Assembly: GCA_963693365.1 (NCBI GenBank)
Contig: CAVNZM010000016.1
Coordinates: 2,755,957-2,819,956 of the forward strand
Length of the DNA stretch: 64,000 nt
Direction of reading: 5' to 3'
Origin: Amoebidium appalachense
Lineage: Eukaryota > Protista > Ichthyosporea
The stretch's first letter is position 1. The number at the start of each line of letters is the position of its first letter. Under the pieces are notes generated by a model. It saw only the letters and a list, made by a program, of their open reading frames with translations. It did not search any database and was not told the DNA's origin. Made by a program: the position numbers and the translations under genes. Shown here piece after piece: positions 14,765 through 47,032 of the stretch.

Positions 14765-15262
14765 TTCTGTATCTTTAACGGTATGTGGTTGGGTGGTCGG
14801 ATAATAGGCGGGGGTGACGGGGGAGGGGGGGGGGGGGGGGGGGGATGGATGAATCAGAGTGTGTGTTCGTGTCGGTATGGGGGGAGGAAGATGGGGAAGG
14901 GGAGGGGGGCGGGAGGTTGGGGCCGTGCATGTAAAATGCGGCTCTGAGACTCCTGTTGTCTCTGCCATTAATCCGTGAACTTCTTAGAAAGAATGCACTA
15001 GATGCGGATGGGGATGGGGATGGGGATGGGGATGGGGATGAGGGAAATTCGGTTGTAGGGAAGAGCGCGTCTCAACGGAAAACAGGTGTGGAAGAATCTA
15101 AGAATGTCATAGAAGTGAACCAAAGATGCAAAAGATCAATCGTTTTCTTGCCTTCGGAACTCCATGATGCGTGCTTTGGGCACAGGGTGTGTATGTTGGA
15201 TCGTTGTCCATGGCGGAATCGGTGGTGTCGGATGTGTCACGAGGAGAAATGAGATTAGACGG

Positions 15263-15298
<36 letters not shown>

Positions 15299-16047
15299 GG
15301 GGGGGGGGGGGGGGGAGGGCCGGAGGAGGAGGAGGAGGGGGAGTGAGGGTGGGACGGTTGGTTCATTGCTTTATTGGGCGCCTGGGGGAGGGGGGAGGGG
15401 GGGGGGAGGGCTTATGAAGTGTTGCACTTACGAGCTGCATTACGGCTCTTTTGTTTCTGATTCTTGTTGTTGCAGTGGCCCTGTCAGAGGGTGGTTTTGT
15501 TGAAAGTTTGATAACCTCTTCAATATTTATTAGGCAGTTCTTCGCAGTGAAATAAGTCAAGTTACTAAGTTGTTGACATGGTTTGTCAACCGTTTTCTAT
15601 AAGATACCTTGATCAACAAATCCATGAACCAAGTCAGATTCTGACCAGATCTTTGAGCAGCTCAATTTTTTCTCACAATCAAACACGGTACATGTTTTGT
15701 TAAGGAAGGGTGTTTTGGGTGTGTGTTCAAGTCGGGTGTCCAGCCCGTTTGGTGCACTGGAGATCTGGTGCAAGAGAAGCTGCCCTATGCGGTTTGATTG
15801 TGGTCGCCCAAAAACAGATTGCTGAAACACAAACTAGAAACAGACAACACTGGGCCACATCGCACAAATGCACTGTGTACCTCACAACAAAACTCACAGC
15901 CGGTTCCAACTTACATGGTATTTAGGACAACGTGACAATGTTCGAAGTACGCATACACAGGCAGACTGCAAGTATGCAGGCTTTCAGATATGCTACGTGT
16001 TGCATAGCTTCATGGCGGAGGTGCATGTGCATGTGTTAAAAGAGAGG

Positions 16048-16130
<83 letters not shown>

Positions 16131-16136
16131 CATGTA

Positions 16137-16167
<31 letters not shown>

Positions 16168-16710
16168 GGTGGTGGTAATGGTGGTGGTGGTGGTGGTGGT
16201 GGTGGTAGTGGGTGGGTGGGGGGGGAGGGGGGGGAGGGGGGGGGAGGCCGGGAGGAGGGGGGTTGGGGGAGGGGGTTGGAGCAAGCTGACGGCTCCTCGG
16301 TGGATCCAAAGATTGTAGCAGTTGGCTTTTTCATTATGTTTTGTGCACAGTTTAGTACTGTATGTATGTTATAAAAAAGAGCAGTGGTCTGTTATTTTCA
16401 TCGAGGTTTCAACGTGCTCATAGCACGCTGTGCTACACATGGGTAATTACCACCGCATCATGTAGACATCAGTTACAGTAGTTACATGCAATATTGCATA
16501 CATCATCTATATAAAAATGGGAACAAACCCTTTCGTTACAACGCGTATCTCATCATTCGTCATCAACTACACACAGTGTGTGCCTAACAAGAACTCGTGT
16601 CTGCAGATCTACTACAAGTGGTAACTACAACTTCTGCTCGTTTCATACGTTATTACTGCACTCAACAGCTACAAAGTACACAAAAGTTAACACCTTCCTA
16701 CATGCATTCC

Positions 16711-16779
<69 letters not shown>

Positions 16780-17341
16780 AACACACACACACAGCCTACA
16801 CCGTGCAAGAACGGAAAAAAAAAAGAAAAAAAAAAAACACTCTTTGGAATCAAAAGGCCACCATTTTGTGGTTAACACCGTTATGGTGTTTGTTAATATA
16901 CGGAAATATCGAAAAAAGACCCAACACGTATATCTCCTCCCATATATCTCGGCACGTGAATTCTGTTGTGTTGTGCAGCAAGCAAGGGCACTATAGGGTA
17001 CTGCCAGAAAAAATGTTCAATATGGAATCCACATTCCATACTCCAATGGTACCTTAAAGAAAAGGCTATGCAGTTAACCTTCGCTAGCATAGGATGTCTA
17101 CAAAGATTTAGCATCTTGATGATCTACTCATTCTGAAACTCGAAACCCAGACGAGCTATAAAATCTTTTCAAAAGTTAACATTACAATTAGACTTCAAAG
17201 ATGAGATTCATCGATGTCAGACACGGTTAGAGAAACAGACTCTTGAAGGCCCTTGCACATTAACGCTTATGCAGGCACAAAGTTCGACCTTCAATATACA
17301 AGAAAAACAAACAATCAAGACCAAATCAGCGCGTCGCAGCC

Positions 17342-39301
<21,960 letters not shown>

Positions 39302-39748
39302 CGTGGACTATTACACGTGGGTTTTAATAAGCAGCAAAGGTTTGTCTATCACATCTGCTTCATGCTGTGCTGCGAACACGGGGCCGCAAGCTATCGAAGA
39401 CCTGGACTTTCTGGACAAATTATCGATTATGCCCAAACTTTTGTCTCCCCTACTGCGGCTGCGATGGGTCTATCACTGAGATAAGTAAGTAGCGAACAAA
39501 GAGTAATGTGTTGGCAACGGGATCTTTAAAAGTCCTTCTGAGGTTTTCATTTCATTCTCTTTTCACGTTCAACTTCGGAGGGAGGATGAAAATATGATGT
39601 AGATTTTATTGCGCCAATCATGTTATGCACAAAGACAAAAAAGGCAGAATATCAAAACAGCTAATTGGGTACAAAAAAAAAGCGCGCGAGACTTGCAACC
39701 TGGGCGCGGGTCCGGGCCCTGGCCACGTGACGCCGGCGCTTTCGTGGT

Positions 39749-39768
39749 GATTTTCAACTTAGGTTGCT
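39749..39768. repeat. Repeat B2 (3' terminus of the YR element)
   Basis: GATTTTCAACTTAGGTTGCT, identical to 40201-40220. Confidence 0.85.
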
Positions 39769-40039
39769 TCTGTCGGTTTTATTGCTCTCTTGTGGCTCAC
39801 AACAATCTGGTCCCGGGACCCCCACTACTACATCAATACATACGGTTACACATGCCTATGGTCGCAGATCGACCAACTTGTATGGACTAAGTCTGGGCTG
39901 TATACACACGTACCTACGCTGGCTACGTGCCTACACCCCCCCCCCCCACAAAAAAAAAACACACCTACCCTTGCCCCTAAGAGGTACACTAACCCAAAGA
40001 AGCTAGACGGGGGACTAAAAAGCGCGGGCGGGAGGGTGG

Positions 40040-40220
40040 GCTAGAGAGAGCAGCGACGGGGGACAAAAAGTGAGGGTGATTTAACCATCACCCGCTTTTT
40101 ATAGTACCCTAAAAAGCTGCTACTGTGCCTATTGGGTGATCACTTCGATCTCCCAATATGGCACTACTAAGTTTAGAAAATCTGGATTTCCCAAATCAAC
40201 GATTTTCAACTTAGGTTGCT
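40040..40220. repeat. Internal A2+B1 junction of the YR element (copy of the joined ends)
   Basis: 40040-40206 matches 42455-42621 (167 bp, 2 substitutions by eye). 40201-40220 matches 39749-39768. The two repeats overlap in GATTTT at 40201-40206. Confidence 0.9.
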
Positions 40221-40269
40221 AGCTATGTCCATAATTCTGCCAACTACAAGCTTATATAACCCAACATTG

Positions 40270-41495
40270 CTAAGCCAATTCACCTGCGAACGCGGGCGGC
40301 CGGGCACCCTGCAACATTCCGAAGTAGAGCCAGTCGTCGGCCGTAGGGATGTGGCCGAGGCCGTAGTGGGACACGGGGGTGCGGCTGCCAAGCTGCCACA
40401 CACCCAGCCACGACACAAACGCCTCGTCCACAAGCAGGGCACGGCAGGCGCCCACCAGGCCATGGCGCAGGCAGTGCCACGTGACGCCTGCAGCCTCGGT
40501 GGCGAGCACCCCCACATGGCGCAACTCGGCGCGCAGCCAATCGTTTCCCATTTTGGGTGACGCTTTGGGCAAGAGCAGCGCAGTACGGGGGGGTAGAGCT
40601 GCCAGCATGTGGTGGAACGCTGACGCACACACCGCCGGAACGACTCGATGCCGTACGGGGGGACGGAGAACTTTCCCCCCTGCCTGCTTGATAGCCTGAA
40701 AGGAGAGGGTGACACGGGCAAGACCCTCGGCACTGACCGGGCCGACGACAACATTTTCGCCGCGGAGCGTAGACACTGAACCCCACCGAAGGCCAAATAG
40801 GTAGCTGGCAGCCACGGCTCCCAACCACCGGGCACCGTCGCCTGACGTGTGCCCCCGCTGCAACAAGCCGGTGAACCAGGGGGCGTCGAAACGCGACAAC
40901 TCCGCTGGCGGGGGCCGAACTTTGAGCACGGCGGACGAATAGGACTTCTTGACCATATGGCGATGGTGGAGCGTCGACATATGGCAGACGCCAGAGCTCA
41001 TGCACCTTGCGCAGGGCGGAAAACTTGCTGTCCAGACTTGGAGGTTCGTACCCTTGTTTGAACAAACAGGTCGGCAGCATAGGCCAGCAGGGTGCCGGAC
41101 GATGTCGGCCACGGCTGCAGACGGTTGGCGGCACAAAATTGGACGTATCGATACACGTCTGACTGATAGACTCTCCAGATCTTGTCGCTAAGAAAACCCT
41201 CCAGCAACAAACTGGCTTCGGCCCGAACCCCTTCCGGCATAGAGGCCATTACAGTTGCCTTCCACTCCTGGAAGTTGCCCAGGGCAGGGGCCTGCAACGG
41301 GCCCACCGGCACCGGTGTTGGCGCCGGGGCAGCCGGCCTGGCCGGGGGCGGAGGAGGGAGGGTAGCGGCTGCGGGGGCCGGCTGTGGCGGTTTGGGCGCG
41401 GGGTCTGGCTGGTTGTTGACTGGGCCTGGCTGCGGCGCCGGGACTGGCTGTTGGGCCGGCACGGGTGGATAGAAATTTATAAATGCATGCAACAT
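40270..41495 (-). pseudogene. Tyrosine recombinase (DIRS/Ngaro/Crypton-type), two frameshifts, about 406 aa when repaired
   Basis: Pro-rich N-terminus, then SAM-like region (IWRVYQSDVYRYVQFC..PWP..LLAYAADLF-KQGYEPPSLDSKFSALRKVH). Catalytic set R (SYLFGLRWG), K (FQAIKQ), HxxR (WHCLRHG), W (LGVW), Y (VSHYG). Frameshift 1 is a 4-bp duplication (AACA AACA at 41061-41068); frameshift 2 is near 40955-40985. Confidence 0.88.
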
Positions 41496-41595
41496 GATTT
41501 AATATTTTCCCCACACTAATGTACAGTAATATACAAGAGGCGACGAGCGCACTGCCCGCCGCAAGTGCCCCGGCCCACTGGCCGGGGGTGCGGCA

Positions 41596-42342
41596 CTACT
41601 GCCGCGAGGCACCGCCGGTCGTCATGCCGGCGGCGCCCCCGCTGGGGGGAGGCCCACGGCCCCCTGCCCCTTTTCCGTCCATGCCCCCACGTGGGGCACC
41701 ACCATCGCTGCCACCGGCTCCCTTGGCACGCTGCACCAGGTTGAGCTCGGCCTCTTTCTTTCTTGCCTCCGCAAGGGCCCTGGACCATCTTGACGAGAGC
41801 TGGGGGTAATAGTCGCGCTCCATATTGGCCCGCACGACCTGGGCAAACGCACCACCCTCAGTAGCCCTGAATCAGATGTGCTGGTAAGTCACACGGTCGC
41901 CTACCAGGTTGAGGATGTCGCCCACCATGCTCCATGTCAGGTCGAGCCGCCGCCGCATGTGGGTAGCTTCGTCTTCGCCGGGCAGCCGCGGCATAGCAGC
42001 CACGGCGTTGTAGAGATGCAGGAGGGCGTTGCCCAAGCCCCCAGCAAACTCCACTTCTTCACGGACCGCCTGGCTGAGTTCACTGCGCTCAAACCCTAGG
42101 TGCTCAACAGGAATCGGACCAGGCCCGTTGCTGAGGGAGTCCTCCACCAGGAACCGGGCAAAGCCGCCGAAGGCAGGGTGCATGATTACCAAAGCTAATT
42201 GGCGTTGCACCGGCACCAACGGCAGTTCGGAGAAGCCCCAGTTGAGCCCAAGTCGCTCACGGCGGGCCTCGTTACTCTCGACAGCATCGCCAGAAATGAG
42301 GCGGCGGAGCTCCACAAGATAAGCTGAGTAGTTGGCGTCCAT
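41596..42342 (-). pseudogene. ORF1 (gag-like by position) of the YR element, 248 codons with one in-frame TGA
   Basis: ATG at 42342 (MDANYSAYLVELRRL...). ORF-track entries 41872..42351 and 41596..41835 are the same frame: ...YQHI*FRATEGGAFAQVVRANMERDYY... Helical core and Gly/Arg-rich tail; no zinc knuckle seen. The gag call is positional inference. Confidence 0.65.
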
Positions 42343-42454
42343 TCTAGTCACTACTAGAGTGGCGGGAGCAACGACGTGCAGGACGGAAAGTTATAAGTAT
42401 ACAGGGGCACTGCCACAAGATTGCTACCTAATCACCAACCGTCACTGCTTCACT

Positions 42455-42621
42455 GCTAGAGAGAGCAGCGACGGGGGACAAAAAGTGAGGGTGATTTAAC
42501 CATCACCCGCTTTTTTTAGTACCCTAAAAAGCTGCTACTGTGCGTATTGGGTGATCACTTCGATCTCCCAATATGGCACTACTAAGTTTAGAAAATCTGG
42601 ATTTCCCAAATCAACGATTTT
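42455..42621. repeat. Repeat A1 (5' terminus of the YR element)
   Basis: GCTAGAGAGAGCAGCGACGGGGGAC...CCCAAATCAACGATTTT, direct repeat of 40040-40206. Confidence 0.92.
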
Positions 42622-42681
42622 TATGTAGCTAGACAGTGTAGGTGGGTGGGTGGGTGTGAGACTGTGTGTGTATGTGCGTGG

Positions 42682-42718
<37 letters not shown>

Positions 42719-43203
42719 TACATGTGGGCATATCGTGTGGCTTTACTTAGTCTCCCTTACCTAAAAATAGTGCCAGTTGGGGTCAATTAGAATCCTGACT
42801 TATAATGAGTGTGCTATACAGTACGATCTGTGTCTAGGCGAAGACGGTAAGCTCCCCTGAGGCAGTGCCTCGCCCGGGAGCGAAACGGGATAAAATAAAA
42901 AATAAAAAAGGATGATATGGAAGGACATCAACCACTGACACTGAGAGCTGATACTGCATATATATGGCCATATATTTATCGTAGGCCCTACTGCTGGCCT
43001 ACTATTATTATGCATCAGAGGCTGTGCGTATCGACTGGCAGACTGTGGCAGTCTAGTTGGTGTCATGTTGCGTGTGTGCGAGCCGCAAATTCCAAACCCG
43101 CGGCGCTGCTATTTCAACGGTCACGGTGGCCGTGAAACACTGTTGACTGTCAGACTGTCGGACTAGTGTGCACGTGTGTGTGTACATGTGCTACACGATT
43201 GCG

Positions 43204-43240
<37 letters not shown>

Positions 43241-43881
43241 GGAGGGGGGGGGGGGGAAGACCACCCACAAACCTGCCAGCTGCGCAGCCTGGGCCATGTG
43301 GAACGCATGGGGGTTACAGTATCCAGACTCACCTATGAACCCGACACGGTGATGGCAGATGTACGTACAACGGACTCCGAAAGAAAGAGATGAACACAAG
43401 AGCTGGCGCAGCTTCTCCCTTTTCACCCGCACGTGCTCGTGCAGGAATGCGAAGCCTACGTAAATAAATGCAATTTACCGGCTCAAATTTATCACCGGAA
43501 TTCACATACGATGTCTGATTGGCCACTGCTATCACTGAAAGTTTTCAGTCAAGACACTGAATGGTGCCACGATGATCGCCTACAATGCGGCGCACCAAAA
43601 GAGCTATTCAGTATTCATCAGTGCACCCAGTACGTTGTTGTCGAAAAATGCTCAGAGTAGAAGAGTAGAAAGCTTGAGCGCGCTATAACACTGACCACCA
43701 TGATAGAAGACCTGGAACAGCTGTGAATTTCCTGTGCGCATATAAAGATATATACACATATACTGCATATGTTAGTTGTCACGCGACCACGCAGTTTGGA
43801 AAGATGACTAAAAAGTAAAGAGCTTGTTCCGATGTGTTGTTTCATTTATTTGGGGGTGTCATATACTACGATGGCGCTCAT

Positions 43882-44046
43882 GGGGTTTACACACTTTTTA
43901 TTGCGTGGACACTGCTGTTGCCTAGCATGTACATATGTATGTCACTGGCTGCATTTGATTGGCTGCGCTGAAAACGCAGTAGGCCGTCGAATGTGGCTGG
44001 GCTGGGCCTCCGGCAGTGTCCACGCAATAAAAAGTGTGTAAACCCC
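43882..44046. mobile_element. MITE (165 bp) with perfect 34-bp terminal inverted repeats
   Basis: GGGGTTTACACACTTTTTATTGCGTGGACACTGC (43882-43915) and its exact reverse complement (44013-44046). No perfect TSD seen (flanks CTCAT and TTTAT), so the superfamily is not assigned. Confidence 0.8.
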
Positions 44047-46179
44047 TTTATTTGTGACACCTTGGAATGACGACGAATGACGACAGACATACTACATAAT
44101 GAGACTCGGTATAGGCCTTCCGGCTAGCTATAGTTATAGAACAAGGGGAATATATTGCTATAAACTGCATGCATGATTTCAGCAACAACTAATACTAGCT
44201 GTAACGAAATCAATGATAGCTATAGTGGCAGTCACAGCTGGTGAATCATCTGGCATCCCAAAGTTTCCAGGGACTTTGGAGCAGTCGTCAGGCTCAGGGC
44301 TAGTCTCCAAGGCTTTGTACCCGCTGGCTTACGTAAGCGGCCTGGGCCGGCCCTACTACCTGCGGGGACGTCTCCCGCCGGGTCTATGAAGCCGTATTAA
44401 CCAATCAAATCGCTTACATCTATATTTAAACCGTATTAACCAATCCAAAAGCTCTAGTTTTACAATTAAGCGCATCAATTGGTGGTTAAAAAGCTTGGGC
44501 GAGCGGATCACTTGGTTTGTTTTACTAGGGCAAGCTGGGTCTTTATGCAAACTTGCGAAATCAAGACAAGAGGAGAGGTGGGTAAGGCCATGCGCAGGCT
44601 GCAGCAGGCCGGCCGGCGACGAACTTCAAGAGCGCACAAGGTCACCCGTTTAAATGGTTCCCATGACTCCAATGTTTTTTTCTTTGGTTTTTGTTTGGGG
44701 AGTGCTAGTAGCTTTATGGTCGCTGGCTTAGCCCACCGCCTATAATAGTTCAGAGCCCGTGTAAGCGTGCAAGAGAAGTGGGCACAGCACGTTAGTAGAA
44801 TCTTTGGAGTGAAAGAGGTAACATAATATACAAAAACATGAGCTGAGAGGGTTTCGGGTGAAGCATAGAAAATATGGAAACAAGGAAAAGCTTAGGCCAC
44901 ACTTCGGGACCCTGTACGCTTTATGCTTTTAATTTGCACGCTCCTGGAACGTCCATGCAAGCCTCCGCTTTATACACGGAGTTTCCTGAGTTTTTGATTG
45001 CGGTTGAATACGCAGCTACAGTTGTCAAGGAGGGACTATGATAGCCTTGGAAAGATGAGAGATCGGTAAGGCTTTTCGCAAGTTTTTCGGCCTAGGTGCA
45101 TGCGGATGCTCATTTAGGACGAGAACATCGAGCCTGTGCTGACGCTTGTGGCCGTGCTTAGAACCATTTCCTTATTTATATTGCACGACTATTGTGCTTG
45201 TAGCATACATGACCTCATCCTTTTCACTGACACGCAAACACACACAGGCAGTCTCCCCCCTTCACCCCCTCCCCCCCCCCTCCCTCCCCCCCCCCACCAC
45301 ACACACACACAAATACACACACACACACACACAACTACCACTGCTGCCGTCCCAGTACCCCTTCCCCCTTCCCCCCCTCCCCCCCCCCCCCCCAACCCCC
45401 CCAACCCCCTCACCCCCCTCTTTATCACAACCCCCCCCACCGGACACACACACACACCATTAACACGCACAAATACCGCCAACTACTGCTGCCCCCGCCC
45501 TACCATTACCCTGCTGTGTTGTAAATTTAAATTTGGGTTCCGTAATCTGGCTGTCCCTCAGGAGCACATCAGCACACTGACAGAGACAGGCCATCCAAGT
45601 TGCTTGGATGGCTTACTTCGATGGCCTCGGAGCGACGCTAGCCAGAGGCAAAGTAAATGATCCCCCTTATTTCCCTGTCCCCACCCCATACACACACACA
45701 CATACCTTTCCCACCCCCCCCTCATTCACGCCCCAAACACATCAGTTCTTAACCATTATAAGTTTAGGATTTGCACATAAACCGTTGACACACTTCGCAA
45801 CTTCTAACCATCAACCCACCTTTTCCCACCATTCTTCCCCTTTTGAACCCCTTCCCACCCGCCCGTCCACCCGTCCCACACTCACATCCCAAGCTACTTC
45901 CCCTCCCGACCACATATTCCACCTTCCAAAGTATTACTCCTTTGGTCCACCTACCCCATGCTCTCAACCACCAAGCGATTCCCACACCCTCCCACCCATT
46001 TCCCCACCAATTTTCAACCCCCCCCCCCCCTCCCCTCAAACCCCCTCCCCCCTCCCCCCCTCCGGCCCCCCACCCACCCACCCACCATCGAAGCACCCTC
46101 CTACCCCTTCCCCCCCTCTCCCCCCCCCCGCCACACACACACACACACACCCACCCTCTCACACACATACACACACGCA

Positions 46180-46213
<34 letters not shown>

Positions 46214-46307
46214 CACACACCCGGTGGGCCACCCTCCACTCAACCACCCACCTACCCATCAACCCGGTCCCTCCACCACCCACCCACCCGTTCTCCCACC
46301 CAATTCT

Positions 46308-46377
<70 letters not shown>

Positions 46378-47000
46378 ACCCACCCATCTGCCCACATAGC
46401 CACCCGTTCCCACAACCACCTACACACGCTATCCCCCACCCCATGTTGTACCCCCACGCGCACGGGGCGGATTAGTCGAAACTCCGGGCGTACTGAGTGT
46501 GGCTCTGCTTAGTTTAGATACTCGTTCTGTGTGGTTTCCAATCTGCATTGTGTTGTCGGTTGTGAATGTGTACTTCTTACTCTGTAACGCAATAGAACCC
46601 CCATCCACCGACCCAATATCCCACCCCGTTTCAACCCCCCCCCCCCCCCCTCCCCCCCCTCCCCATCCATCCACCGACCTACACACGGGTGTCCCATTCC
46701 ACACCCATTCTTCCCCACCCCCACTCCCACCCCATTCCATCCCGGTTTCCTTCTCCGGACCCCCCCCCCTCCCCCCTCCCCAACACACACACACCCCACA
46801 CCCCCACTCACCCACCCATCGAGACACTCTTCTGTCCCCCCCTTCCCCCACCCCACCCACCCACCTACCCACCAGCCCGTTCCCCCAACCACCAACCTAC
46901 CCGAAACCCCTCCCCCCCCCCCCCCCCATATTCTCTATCCCCCCCCCATCCACACACACACACACACACACCGTACACACACATCGAGGACGTTTTTCTA

Positions 47001-47032
<32 letters not shown>

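Larger units (their letters stand above)
39749..42621 (-). mobile_element. Tyrosine-recombinase element with split direct repeats (Ngaro/PAT/TOC1-like architecture), lacking reverse transcriptase, 2873 bp
   Basis: In element (minus) orientation: A1 42621-42455; gag-like ORF; YR ORF; B1 40220-40201 overlapping A2 40206-40040 at GATTTT; 271-bp spacer; B2 39768-39749. GC-rich and CpG-rich coding interior that lacks the host's long microsatellites. Confidence 0.88.

Noticed and set aside
14956-15830. Short ORFs including a (DG)n stretch
   Set aside because: The DG run comes from a (GATGGG)n repeat; no recognisable domain or splice chain.
40040-42621. Classical LTR retrotransposon bounded by the two 167-bp repeats
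   Set aside because: No TG..CA ends, PBS/PPT, TSD or DDE integrase. The element extends to B2 at 39749 and encodes a tyrosine recombinase.
42850-42910. Hammerhead-like CTGAGG..GAAAC followed by an A-rich tail
   Set aside because: The core is CTGAGGC rather than CTGANGA, and there is no stem III or UH cleavage site. Only a plain stem-loop is supported.
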